Below the pieces are notes generated by a model. That model did no database searches. It worked only from the letters and a program-made list of their open reading frames with translations, and was not told the DNA's origin. Made by a program: the position numbers and the translations under genes. A DNA stretch of 64,000 bases from Acidobacteriota bacterium (lineage in GTDB: Bacteria > Acidobacteriota > UBA890 > WLXD01): the NCBI GenBank assembly GCA_965205505.1, contig CBDBHB010000009.1:2176001-2240000 (forward strand), read 5' to 3'. The first letter of the stretch is position 1; every line of letters begins with the position of its first letter. Positions 43,544 to 54,581 of the stretch are shown here, in pieces.

Positions 43544-44982
43544 CGATGACCACGGCTCCCGCGCACACGGCACGGCTGCTGCGCGAGATCGGGGCCGCGC
43601 GCGGCGACGGCACGCTGGGCCAGTTCGTGCGCCGCGCCTGGCGCATCGTGGAACCGCACACGGACTACGTTCATAGCTGGCACATCGAGGCGTTGTGCGA
43701 GGTGCTGGAATCCGTGAGCGCTGGCGACATCCCGCGCCTGATCGTCAACGTGCCGCCGGGCACCATGAAATTGCTGCTGGTGTCAGTGTTCTGGCCGGCG
43801 TGAGAGTGGGCCGAGAGGCCGGGCCTGCGCTACCTCGCCGCGTCCTACGGCTCGGACCTGTCGCGGCGTGACAACTTGCGGCTGCGCGGGGTGATCGCGT
43901 CGCCGTGGTATCGGGACTACTGCGGCCTCCGGCTCGTCGAGGATCAGAACACGAAGACGCGCATGAACACCACAGCCGGCGGCTGGCGCATCGCCACGTC
44001 GGTAGGCGGTGTGGGAACCGGCGAGCACCCTGACCGGATCATCATCGACGACCCGATCACAGCCGCTAACGCGCGATCCTTAACCGAGCGGCAGGCGGTA
44101 CTGGACTGGTTCACGCAAACAGTGAGTACGCGCGGCGTCGCACGCGACAGCCGCACCGTGGTCGTAATGCAACGGTTCCACGAGCAGGATTTGGCCGGGC
44201 ACCTGCTGAATATGGGGAGCTGGCGGCATGTGTGCTTTCCCATGCGGTTCGAGCCTGAACGTTCCGATCCTTACGACGTGCGCACCGAGGCCGGCGAGCT
44301 GTTGTGGCCGGCGCTGTTTCCCGAGGCGGCCGTGCGTCAACTCGAACGCGATCTCGGGCCGTATGGAACCGCCGGGCAGTTGCAACAGCGGCCAGCGCCG
44401 CAAGGTGGCGGGCTGTTCAAGCGCGATTGGTTCGAGATCGTTGACGCGGCGCCGATTGATGCGCGGCGCTGTCGTGCATGGGACACCGCGAGCACCGAGG
44501 CCGGCGGTGACTACACCGCCGAAGTTCGCATGGCGAAGACGGCCACCGGGCTGTACTTCATCGAGCACGTCTACCGTGCCCAGAAGTCAGCGCATGGCGT
44601 GGACGTGGCGATTCGCTCGCTCGCCAGCAGTGACGGCACCGCGTGCCTGATCCGCGAAGAGCAAGAGCCCGGCTCCAGCGGCAAGGCTGTGATCGAGGCG
44701 CGACGGCGGGTTCTCGCGGGACACGATTACGGCGGCGATCGGGCGACGGGTGACAAGGTTGTGAGGGCGGGTCCGCTGCGCTCGCAAGCCGAAGGCGGCA
44801 ACGTGAAGCTCGTGCGCGGCGACTGGAACGAAGAGCTTCTGCAAGAGCTGGAGAGCTTTCCGTATGGCGCCCACGATGACCAGGTGGACGCGGCCGCGCT
44901 CGCCTTCAACACGCTGGCCGAGCCGCCGAAGAAGGTGAAGCGAGGCGGGACGTTTGGCCGGGCTTATCGGCGGGACTGGTGA
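43540..44982 (+). pseudogene. Terminase large subunit with a nonsense codon (TGA at 43801)
   Basis: RLIVNVPPGTMK, WPA*EW, IIIDDP, VMQRFHEQDLAG, QLQQRP, AWDTA..GDYTA, HDDQVDA. Confidence 0.88.
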
Positions 44983-44999
44983 GTACGAAAGGCAGGGAC

Positions 45000-45197
45000 A
45001 TGTAGGGACCCCGGAAGATCGACCCGGACGATACGTACCTCACCGTCACGGAGGCGGCGACGAAGTACCGCCTTCACCCGAAGACGATCCGCAAGTGGAT
45101 CCGGTGCCATGTCGTGTACGTCGGGCCACTCCGCACCATCCGGATCCGGGATTCGGACATGATCGACATCCAGACACCGACTCGAGGCGAAGAGTGA
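45000..45197 (+). pseudogene. Excisionase-like HTH fragment
   Basis: YLTVTEAATKYRLHPKTIRKWI; stop directly after the ATG. Confidence 0.55.
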
Positions 45198-45493
45198 CGC
45201 TCCGTGAACTCCACCGGCTGGTCGGCACCGAATGGCTGGGCAGCCGCGAGTACGGCGGCCAGCTGCATCTGCACGAGGCCGGGAGCGTGTCGGTGGTGGT
45301 CGTTTGCCGGCCGGTGTAATAGTCCGCACGGCAATCCCGTCGCACGACTACTGGAGGCGCACATGGCCGACCGGCGTCGTCTTGGGGGTACTGCGAAGAC
45401 TGCTGGTAGGCATTTTAGGGTGCCGGTTGCCTGCTGTCAGCACCGGATGCCGGTGATCGTCGGGGGGCGGGTGGACCTGCTGGACGTGGGGTG

Positions 45494-45522
45494 TTGACAT
45501 ACGATAAATTACTTATGATAAT
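45494..45522 (+). promoter_or_regulatory. Sigma70-like promoter of the Cre-like gene
   Basis: TTGACA (45494-45499), 17-nt spacer, GATAAT (45517-45522). Confidence 0.65.
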
Positions 45523-45541
45523 TAATCTTATCATAAGTAAT
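45508..45541. other. lox-like recombination site ATTACTTATGATA-ATTAATCT-TATCATAAGTAAT
   Basis: Perfect 13-bp inverted arms around an 8-bp spacer (34 bp), AT-rich, adjacent to the Cre-like gene. Confidence 0.75.
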
Positions 45542-46544
45542 GACCCTCGAGATGAGCCCCATGACAACCCCCTCCAACAGTCGGGTTCCGAGCCTCCGGC
45601 CGGCCCCGGAGTCGGGCTCCGTTCCGGCCCGTGCCGCCCGCGATGCCGCCGCAACCCTGGCGGCCGCCTCGATGTCCGACAACACGCGCCGCGCCTACAC
45701 CGGCGCGCTGCGCCGCCTCGAGGCCTGGCTCGATGGCACCCCGCTCACCGACAATTCCCTCGCCGTCTATCTGGGCTCGCTGTTCGAGGCCGGCCGCTCG
45801 CCGGCGACGGCCTCAATGATCGTTGCGGCCGTACGGGCGCAGTACCGCCTCAGTGGAGAGCCCTCGCCCGTAGGCGAGGCCACGGCACGGGTTCTGGCCG
45901 GGTTCCGCCGCACTGGAGCTGAACGCTCGCGCGGACCGGCCACCGGCGTGCAATGGGGCCAGGCCGACGCTGCGGCCGCCGTTGCCGCCAACGGCTCCAA
46001 GAGCAACCACGGCTTGCGCGACGGGGCCATCGTCGCGGTCGGCTCGGCGGCGATGCTCCGGGTCTCGGAGCTGTCCGCGCTGCGCTGGAGCGACATCGAG
46101 GCCGACGGCGATCACACGATCACACTGCGCCGCTCCAAGACGGATCAAGAGGGGGCCGGAGTGACGCTCTACATCGGCGAGCCAACGGTGGCACGCCTGG
46201 AGGCCTGGCATGAGGCGCTGGGGGGGATCGGTGGTGACACCGGGCCCGACGCACCGGTGTTCGTGCGGTTGCACAAGGGCGGGCAGCGTGCGGGCTCCGA
46301 GCCGATCTCGGCCACGGCGCTGCGCGCCATTATCGCCCGGCGCTGCGCCAACGCGGGCGTGGAAGGCCGGGTGTCGGGCCACTCGCTGCGCATCGGTGCC
46401 GCACAGGACCTCGCCGCCGCGGGCGCTTCCCTGGTTGAGATGCAGCAGGCAGGCCGCTGGCTCTCGCCCACCATGCCGGCACGCTACGCTCGCGGACAGC
46501 TCGCCACCCGGGGTGCTGTGGCGCGGCTGCGCTTCGGCCAGTAG
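45540..46544 (+). CDS. Cre-family tyrosine recombinase
   Basis: SDNTRRAY; RDGAI...LRVSEL; RSKTD; SGHSLRIGAAQDL; GRW; ARY (R-K-H-R-W-Y pattern as in Cre). No arm-binding domain. True start may be 45552 or 45560-45672. Confidence 0.88.
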   Translation: MTLEMSPMTTPSNSRVPSLRPAPESGSVPARAARDAAATLAAASMSDNTRRAYTGALRRLEAWLDGTPLTDNSLAVYLGSLFEAGRSPATASMIVAAVRAQYRLSGEPSPVGEATARVLAGFRRTGAERSRGPATGVQWGQADAAAAVAANGSKSNHGLRDGAIVAVGSAAMLRVSELSALRWSDIEADGDHTITLRRSKTDQEGAGVTLYIGEPTVARLEAWHEALGGIGGDTGPDAPVFVRLHKGGQRAGSEPISATALRAIIARRCANAGVEGRVSGHSLRIGAAQDLAAAGASLVEMQQAGRWLSPTMPARYARGQLATRGAVARLRFGQ

Positions 46545-46687
46545 CGTGGCCGCCCACAATCCGCTCTCTCTGGCACCCAGTGCTCATCCGGGCAGCACGT
46601 GGTTGCGATTTGCGCGGGGGCGCAAGTACCTTCCGGGCTACGAGCGAAATCTCCCACCACCAGCCATCGCAAAGCTTGCGTGACCGC

Positions 46688-47215
46688 ATGGCCCGTCTCG
46701 AGGGTAAAGTCGAAACGCTGATCGCGGCGTTCACGAAACCCGGTACAAGAGCCGCAGCTGCGGTGGTGTTTCTGGCGGCCGGCAGCCTGGCCGTCGCTGC
46801 GCAGGAACGAGGTCCGGACCGCGAGCCGCAGATCGCTGCGCAGTACCGCGAGGAGCTGCAGCCGGACGTTATGCTCGTTGACAAGCTCGGCCGGCAGCGG
46901 CCAGGCAATCGCTGCGGTACGCCGCCGTATACGGGGCCGCTGGACCCGGTTGCTTATCTATCGGACGACCGCGCCGCACCCACCGAGGTGCCAGTGTGGT
47001 TTCACGTGCTGTACCACAGAAAGAAGGGCGCGGACGTTGGCCGCGTTTCGGAGGCGGCAATCGAGGAGCAGATGGACGTGCTGAACGCATCCCTCAAGCG
47101 GCACGGGCTCACCTTCATGCTCGCCGGCATCACGTACACGAACAAGAAGTTCTGGTCGCGGCGGTGCTCCAAGCACGGGGCGGAGCTCCACGATTCGCTT
47201 CCACTGCCATTCTAG
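46688..47215 (+). pseudogene. N-terminal fragment of an M43 (ulilysin/pappalysin-like) metalloprotease
   Basis: RCGT cysteine switch; VPVWFHVLY; IEEQMDVLN; no HEXXH, truncated. Confidence 0.6.
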
Positions 47216-47263
47216 GGAGGCACACACACGTTTCTATCCGCGCCCCCGTGCGGGGGGCGACAC

Positions 47264-49447
47264 TTAGCCATAGCGCCTCCAGCCCAGCCAGTCGCGAACG
47301 GCCGCGGCAGTGAACTCAGGTCCGTTATCCGACCTGATGTGATCGGGTATTGCCCGGTGCACGAACAGCCACCCGAGCCGCTCGAGCACTTGCTCGGAGT
47401 TGAGCTTGCGCGCCACGTCGATCGCCAGGCTCTCGCGGGTGTACTCGTCCACGATCGTCAACATCCTCATGGACCGGCCATCGTGCGTCCGGTCATGGAT
47501 GAAGTCATACGCCCACACGTGGTTCTTGCGCTCCGGTCGCAGCCGGATACACGAGCCATCGTTGAACCAGAGCCGGGCTCGTTTGGGCTGCCTCTTCGGC
47601 ACTTTCAGGCCTTCGCTACGCCAGATCCGCTGCACTCGTTTGTGGTTCACGAGCCAGCCCTCCATGCGCATCAACGCCGTCACCCTCCGGTACCCATAAC
47701 GTCCATACTCCCGAGCTAACTCCACGATCCTGTCCCTCACCAGTTGCTCGTCGTCCGCCGGCCTCGGCACGTATCGCGGTGTCGTCCTGGGCTGCCTGAG
47801 CACCCGGCAGGATCGTCTTTCGGTTACGCCCAGCTGCCGTCGTACGTGAGCTACCGCCTCGCGCCGACGTGCTGGGCTCAGAAGTTTCCCTCCGCGACCT
47901 CCTTGAGGATCGCCAGGTCGAGCTCCTTGTCCGCCACCAGCTTCTTGAGCCGGGAGTTGTCCTTCTCGAGCTGTTTGAGCTTCCGCGCCTGGTTCAGCTT
48001 CAGCCCGCCGTACTCGCGCCGCCACCGGTAGTAGGTGTGCTCGGTTATCGCTAGCTTGCGACAGGCATCCTTGACCGTCGCGCCTCGCGCCAGCTCCACT
48101 TAACCCTCCCGGAGCTTGCGCACGATCTGCTCGGCGCTGTGCCTCTTGACCGGCATTCTGACCTCCCTTTCTGGTTGACCCAAACCCCGAAAACGGTGCC
48201 AGGTTGATGTTTAGGAAATCGGTGTACCGTCGTCCTCCAAGCAGGAGGACAGATGAAGCGGAAGAGGTACACGGACGAGCAGATCGCCTACGCGCTGCGG
48301 CAGGCTGAGGCGGGCACGCCGATCAAGGAGGTGTGTCGCAAGCTGGGCGTCAGCGAGCAGACGTTCTACACGTGGCGCCGCAAGTTCGCCGGGATGGGCG
48401 TGGCCGAACTTCGGGAGCTACGACAACTCCGCCATGAGAACCGGAAGTTGAAGCAGCTGGTGGCAGATCTGAGCTTGGACAAGCACATGCTCCAGGAGGT
48501 GCTGTCAAAAAAGGTGTGAAGCCGGCGCGCAAGCGCGAGGTGGTGCGGTACCTGCAGGACGGGTTCCGTGTCAGTGAGCGTCGAGCGTGTCGGCTGATCG
48601 AGTTGTCGCGCACCAGCCATCGGTATCAGAGCACAAGGACGGACGACCCCGTGCTGCGGCGTCGTCTTGGCGAGCTCGCCGCGGCGCGTCCGCGGTTCGG
48701 GTATCGGAGGTTGTGCGTGTTGCTACGCCGCGAGGGATGGGTAGTGAACCAGAAGCGCGTGTATCGGATCTATCGAGAGGAGGGGCTGGAGGTACGGACC
48801 AAAAAGCGACGGCGCAAGCGGGCGAGTCACATACGGCTTGTGCTGCCGCCCGCAGAGCGGCCCAACGAGCGCTGGAGCATGGACTTCGTGACCGATCGGC
48901 TCGAGAGTGGCCGGCCGTTTCGGGTGCTGACGGTGGTCGATCAGTTTAGCCGTGAATGTCCGTTACTTGAGCCGGGCGTGTCGATGACCGGCAAGGCGGT
49001 GGCTGGAGCACTCGAGCGGCTGTCGTTTGCCGGGCCGTTGCCACGGGTCATCACCGTCGACAATGGCTCAGAATTCTACTCCCAGGCGATGGACTCCTGG
49101 GCGTACCGGAGAGGCGTGCAGTTGGAGTTCATTCGGCCGGGAAAGCCCGTGGAGAATGCGTTCATCGAGAGTTTCAACGGACGGCTTCGCGACGAATGCC
49201 TCAACGCCAACCTGTTCTTCTCGATCGATGACGCGCGCCGAAAACTGGAGGCTTGGAGGCTTGATTACAATACCCACAGACCACACAGCTCACTGAACGA
49301 TCGAACTCCTACGGAGTTCGCCAGGGGCTGGCAACCGGAGGCTTCGGAACACCGAATCCTAAACCTCTGACTGGTACTGATTTCGGGGTGGGGTCATGGT
49401 CCCAGATCGTGTGATTACATCTGGACCCGTTTTCGGGGGTCAGGTCA
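47264..49447 (-). mobile_element. IS3-family element E-like, copy 2 (truncated; orfA has a stop), interrupted by IS D
   Basis: Similar to 36896-38054; left IR at 49424-49447. Confidence 0.85.
48176..49396 (+). mobile_element. IS3-family element D, copy 2 (orfA 48253-48519, orfB 48516-49370)
   Basis: Near-identical to 20692-21912; 4-bp target duplication TGGT. Confidence 0.95.
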
Positions 49448-49544
49448 AGATCGCTCGGCAGCTGTCGGTACCGCGATCCACCGAGTCCCAAACTGGGCGT
49501 CGCTACGGAGCCCCTATGCAGGGACAACGACGCGCCGGTTGGGA

Positions 49545-49652
49545 TGAACTGCCCCAGGTAAGTGGGCCATTTCGTAACTCATAGAATCGGAGCTGGCGAC
49601 GTCGTTTCGGGTGCGGGTGCTCGATAGCCCAGCGAGCTATGGGGCCGCACCT
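49545..49652 (-). mobile_element. IS3 right-end remnant
   Basis: [10 protein letters not shown] coding remnant plus terminal CCTGGGGCAGTTCA. Confidence 0.75.
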
Positions 49653-52267
49653 CCACCGATCTTCCAATTCCAGTTGTAGCTGAAGCGGACGTAGAAGAAC
49701 GCACCGTTGTAATTGAACGGCGTATATCGGCTGTACCGATTGCCGATGGCAGTGGCGTTGGGGTTTTCATCCGGGTGGGTGTTGAGTATGTTGCGGCCGC
49801 CGATGGTGAGCCTGACGGGCTCGCTGATAGAAAAGGCGACCTCAAGGTCAATGAGATGTTTACCGCCGTAGACTCGAACGTCTCTGGAGTCGTACCAGTC
49901 ATCGTAGTAGCTCAGGCGACCGAGGAGACGCCAGGGGCCGAAGCTGTGATCGGTCGTGAAGTTCCAGCGCGTTTTGGGAATCGCTTCTTGCAATTGGCGG
50001 ATCCGACCGGCATCTAGAATCTGAGGATTATATTGTTTGACTCGAGTATCAGTGTGGTTGAAGGCGACTCTGACCGTTGTGTTGCCGCCGAGCGCCGATG
50101 GTGTATAAGCGGCAACCAGGTCGATGCCTTGTGTTCGCGTTTCGAAATCGTTGGTGAAGAAACGGAAGTTCGATAGGTTACGAGCGCTAGTGATGCCCTC
50201 AGCGATGAGGCTGTCGACTTCTTCGGGATCTAGGGTGAACAACTGTGTCAACGCGAGTCGATCAGACAGGTCGATGCGAAAGTAGTCAGTGGTAAATTTG
50301 AACGGTCCCGTATCGATCACCATGCCTAAGCCGTAGTTGATTGACCTTTCAGGTTCGAGCGGTGTACCACCTCGAAGTTGAGCGACCCTCGAGGTCGAGG
50401 GAATGGTGCCGTTATTGACCAAGTCCATGAGCTGGAGATCGTACTCGGTTGACACGTTGAAGGCATTCTGCTGGCCGGGTGTGGGCGCGCGGAAACCGGT
50501 GCTCACGCTGCCGCGCACGGCGAGGTCTTCGGTGAACTCATAGCGTCCCGCGAGCTTGCCGTTCAGCGTGGGGCCGAAATCTTGGAAGTCCTCGATTCGG
50601 ACCGCCGTGCCGATTATCCATTTGTCTTCGCTGCCCCGCAGTTCGACATCGCCGTAGAGTGCATAGTTGCTACGGCTCCATTGTCCGGCGGCGATCGGGC
50701 TGAAACCAGGAAAGCCATTCGAAGCGGCGCTGAAACCCTGGGGGCCGAAGGGGCCAATCACCCACGACTCCTCTTGGCCGAGGCCAATCTCGAAGCTCTC
50801 CCTGCGCCATTCGGCGCCACCAGCTACGTTGATGTGTTGGTTGAGGGCGTAGTTGAGGTCGAGATTAGCGCCGAGATCCTGTTGCTTGTAGAAACCGGGA
50901 TCGAACTCGGTGGGTGTCACCGGCCCGAGTGAAGCGTTGACCGTGTCGAAGATGAAGAAATCCACCATGTTGGAGCCAAGGCTGAGACTGGCATCCCAAA
51001 CGACGCCGCCGGATATCTGACCGCGCAGACCGGCCACCACCGCAGCGTCGGTTGCTTCGCCACCGAACTGCGGCGTGAAGCCGCCGGGAAAAAGTTCCTG
51101 GAAGGAAAAGCAGTTCGGATTGGCGAAAACACTGGAAAGGGCATCCGGATCGGGCACTCCGTTGGTGATGCTGACCTCGGGGCAGTTAGCCGAGCCATCG
51201 AGAACGCCATCCTGTGCGTCGAGCTCATCGCCGATGAGGAGAGTCTGGCCTCCATCAGCACTGTAAACTGCTGCCCGGGTGTTGGGATTACGGAAGAAAA
51301 AACCGCCGGTCACTTTCTTGCGCGCGTAATTCGTGTGGCCGTACAACTGGATGTTCTTGAACACGTGGCCGAAATTGCCCAAGAACTTGAAATCGTCATC
51401 AATGTCCGGAGAGCCTGAGATCTGCGCCGGATCGGCAACGTGCGTATTGCCGCCCGCAATCAGAAAAGCAGCGTCACTGCGCTGCACACTGCGGCTTGTA
51501 GGGTCGGTATTGCTGTACTCGATACTGAGGTTGGCGAAGCCCTTGTCGCCGAACGGCAGACCGACGTTACCGGAAACGGTGTTCGTGTAACCGTCACCGG
51601 CACTGAAGCCACCGGTGCGGACCTCCAGACTTCCGCCGGAAGAGTCATCCTTGAGCTGTAGGTTCAATACGCCGGCGATGGCATCCGAGCCGTACTGCGC
51701 CGAGGCACCGTCACGCAACACTTCCACCTGCCGCAACGCGATTGCCGGAATCGTCGAAATATCTGGCCCCTGTGCGCCATCGGCAACACCGTTACCCAAC
51801 CAGGTTATGACCGCCGACCGGTGGCGGCGCTTCCCGTTGACCAAGACCAGCGTATGATCGGGCGCCAGGCCGCGGAGATTCGCCGGACGAATGATCCGGG
51901 CCGCATCGCCGACCGGCTGTGCGTTGACGTTGTAAGACGGCAGAACGGTTCTCAGCTGATCGGCGATGTCGGTATCGCCCTGACTCACTAGGTCAGCGAA
52001 CGAGATGACGTCAATGGGTACGGCCGACTTGGTCACTGTCCGTGGCTGCGCCCGGGTGCCGACAACGACGATTACCTCATCTACCTGCGGAGTTGGGTCT
52101 TCGGCCTCCTCCTGTTCGACTCGTTCCTCTTGCTGCTGCTGTGTCTGCGGAGGTTGTCCCGCCTCTGTGTCTTGCTCCTGGGCTGCCGCCCGGACGAATG
52201 AGCAAAAGGTCAGGATCGAGACCAAACACCACGTCAACGATGCACGTCCAACTGGATTGTCGTTCAT
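49637..52267 (-). CDS. TonB-dependent receptor
   Basis: Signal peptide; EVIVVVGTR TonB-box region; LRGLAPDHTLVLVNGKR; VEVLRDGASAQYGSDAIAGV; terminal beta-strand FYVRFSYNW. Confidence 0.93.
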   Translation of the reverse strand: MNDNPVGRASLTWCLVSILTFCSFVRAAAQEQDTEAGQPPQTQQQQEERVEQEEAEDPTPQVDEVIVVVGTRAQPRTVTKSAVPIDVISFADLVSQGDTDIADQLRTVLPSYNVNAQPVGDAARIIRPANLRGLAPDHTLVLVNGKRRHRSAVITWLGNGVADGAQGPDISTIPAIALRQVEVLRDGASAQYGSDAIAGVLNLQLKDDSSGGSLEVRTGGFSAGDGYTNTVSGNVGLPFGDKGFANLSIEYSNTDPTSRSVQRSDAAFLIAGGNTHVADPAQISGSPDIDDDFKFLGNFGHVFKNIQLYGHTNYARKKVTGGFFFRNPNTRAAVYSADGGQTLLIGDELDAQDGVLDGSANCPEVSITNGVPDPDALSSVFANPNCFSFQELFPGGFTPQFGGEATDAAVVAGLRGQISGGVVWDASLSLGSNMVDFFIFDTVNASLGPVTPTEFDPGFYKQQDLGANLDLNYALNQHINVAGGAEWRRESFEIGLGQEESWVIGPFGPQGFSAASNGFPGFSPIAAGQWSRSNYALYGDVELRGSEDKWIIGTAVRIEDFQDFGPTLNGKLAGRYEFTEDLAVRGSVSTGFRAPTPGQQNAFNVSTEYDLQLMDLVNNGTIPSTSRVAQLRGGTPLEPERSINYGLGMVIDTGPFKFTTDYFRIDLSDRLALTQLFTLDPEEVDSLIAEGITSARNLSNFRFFTNDFETRTQGIDLVAAYTPSALGGNTTVRVAFNHTDTRVKQYNPQILDAGRIRQLQEAIPKTRWNFTTDHSFGPWRLLGRLSYYDDWYDSRDVRVYGGKHLIDLEVAFSISEPVRLTIGGRNILNTHPDENPNATAIGNRYSRYTPFNYNGAFFYVRFSYNWNWKIGGGAAP

Positions 52268-52296
52268 CTATGGCCACGTCCCCTAGGGGTTAGGGC

Positions 52297-52453
52297 AACC
52301 AGGTGCAGCCCATAGCTCGCTGGGCTATCGGCCATCCACACCCGAAGCGATGTTGTTGGAGCCGCCTACGCTTCGCTTCGCCGGCTCCAGCAATCTCTTG
52401 CCAGCTCCAATTCCCTGAGTCAAGAATTGGCTCAAATTACCTGGGGCAGGTCA
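52297..52453 (+). mobile_element. IS3 right-end remnant
   Basis: HSSLGYR coding remnant, hairpin, terminal CCTGGGGCAGGTCA. Confidence 0.75.
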
Positions 52454-52869
52454 CAACCCGCGGAGCGCCGCCGTGGCTCACTCCGACTAGGAACCACCGG
52501 CGGCACCCACGACCACCTTCAGCCTGAAGGTCGCGTTAGGAACCCCGGTGGCGTTGGTTCCCACATAGGTCTGCGTCGCCATGCCGCGCGCCTTGCGCAA
52601 TCGCCCTCCGGTGCCGCCGGTAATCGCGCGGCTGAACGGTATGTCAACGGCTGAGGGCCTTTTCTCTTGCGCCTCTTGGCCTTGCCCGCATCTACGAGCT
52701 TCTCCAGCCCGTACACGATCTTCTGGTGGGCGGAACTCCTGACCCTGTTTGAGTTGCGAGGGCTGCGCGATTGCTCGCTGTTGGCGGAGGGCCACCACTC
52801 GACAGGTATCATAGGCTGGCTGGCCCGTTAGCTAGCCAACCGCTGAAAGGGTGTTAGGAGGGCGGCGCC

Positions 52870-53000
52870 TCCGTCCATTCAACGCGCGACCTCAATCTCT
52901 GCTGCCAACGCAGATAGACGCCGCCCCCAGCGACGAGCAGAATCGCCAGGAGGAGCTGGGCGAGCGGCGGAGCGAGCGGCATCGGGACCGGGGGGATAGA
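52870..53000 (-). pseudogene. C-terminal sorting-signal-like fragment (Pro-rich motif, TM helix, basic tail)
   Basis: PVPMPLAPPLAQLLLAILLVAGGGVYLRWQQRLR. Confidence 0.4.
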
Positions 53001-53030
53001 AACCGGAAGCGATGATGAACCTGTCGCCCC

Positions 53031-53310
53031 GACCCCGCGGTTAGTACCACGTCTTATCTCAGTAACACGGTGCCGACAAGGGGTTGTTGAAGCCGGCGGA
53101 GCGTAGCGGAGCCGGGTTCAACAACAGCGCCTTAGGGGCCGGTGGTCGATAGCCCAGCGAGCTGTGCGGTCGAACTCGGTTGTACTGCTGCCGCCACCTC
53201 TCGATCAGAACCCGTGCCTGCTTGAGCGTGTAGAAGATCTCCCGGTCCAGCAGCTCGTCGCGGAGCTTGCCGTTGAAGCTCTCCACGTAACCATTGTCCC
53301 ACGGCGAGCC
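53031..53310 (-). mobile_element. IS3-family element F, 3' remnant
   Basis: [21 protein letters not shown]...RPHSSLGY; cut by IS A. Confidence 0.85.
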
Positions 53311-54581
53311 TGACCTGCCCCCCAATAATCGGGCCAGTTTGAGAGTTAGGAATTGAGGCTCTCAGGAAGGCTCGGGAAGGGGGAGAAATGGCCCGGAAGC
53401 GATACACGGTAGAGCAGATCATCGCCAAGCTCAGGGAGGCAGAGATCGAGCTGGCGCAAGGAGCCAAGACGCCGGAAGCGTGCCGGAAGCTGGGCATCAG
53501 CGAGAACACGTAGTACCGGTGGCGTAAGGAGTACGGCGGGCTGAGGGTGGATCAGGCACGGCGACTCAAGGAGCTGGAGCGCGAGAACGGGCGGCTCAAG
53601 AAGCTGCTGGCGGAAACGATGCTCGACAACGCCATCCTCAAAGAGGTGTCGTCGGGAAACTTCTGAGCCCGGCGCGCCGGAGCCGGGCAGTGCGACACGC
53701 ACAGCAGTCGCAGGGGGTGTCGGAGAGGCGAGCCTGCCGAGTGCTGGGCCAGGTGCGCTCGACGCAGCAATATCGGCCCAAGGCGCCTGGAGACGAAACA
53801 CCGCTGGTGAAGCGAATGACCGAACTGGCGACGCAGTACGGACGCTACGGGTACCGTCGGATCACGGCTCTGATGGAACGCGAAGGGTGGCGGGTGAACC
53901 ACAAGAGGATCGAACGGTTATGGCGTCGTGAAGGACTGAAGGTACCGAAAAAGCAGCCCAAGCGCGGACGCTTGTGGCTCAACGATGGATCGTGCGTGCG
54001 GCTGAGGCCGGAAAGGAAAGATCACGTGTGGGCCTATGACTTCGTGCACGAACGAACTCACGACGGGCGAGCGGTTCGTCTGCTGACGATCGTGGATGAG
54101 TACACCAGGGAGTGCTTGGCCATCGATGTGGCGCGCAGGCTCAACTCCGAGAACGTGTTGGATCGACTCGCTGAGCTGTTCGTGAACCGTGGTGTTTCCG
54201 ACCACATCCGCTCCGACAACGGACCGGAGTTCACTTCTCGGGTAGTGCGTGGCTGGCTCGAGCGGGTCGGTGTGAAGACGTTGTTCATCGAGCCCGGCTC
54301 GCCGTGGGAAAACGGCTATGTGGAGAGCTTCAACGGCAAGCTACGCGACGAGCTGCTGAACGGGGAGATCTTCTACACGCTCAAGGAGGCGCAGAGCTTG
54401 GTGCAAGCCTGGCGCCGCAAATACAACCAGGTGCGGCCACACAGCTCGTTGGGCTATCGGCCGCCTGCACCGAAAGCGACGTTGTTAAAGCCGGCTACGC
54501 TCCGCTCCGCCGGCTGCAACAACCTCTTGCCAGCACCGATTCTATGAGTTACGAAGTGGCCTCAACACTTGGGGCAGGTCA
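53311..54581 (+). mobile_element. IS3-family element A, copy 3 (orfA has TAG at 53511)
   Basis: Near-identical to copy 1, including the nonsense allele. Confidence 0.93.

Noticed and set aside
43801-43803. Selenocysteine or Trp recoding of TGA in TerL
   Set aside because: TGA is used as a normal stop throughout the window; a TGG>TGA mutation in a decaying element is simpler.
52460-52860. Integron attC sites (GTTAGG/GTTAGC motifs)
   Set aside because: No convincing RYYYAAC partner or full attC stem, and no IntI in the window.
14907-54581. 40-kb composite transposon bounded by IS A copies 1 and 3
   Set aside because: The outer flanks (agcc / actc) show no target duplication.
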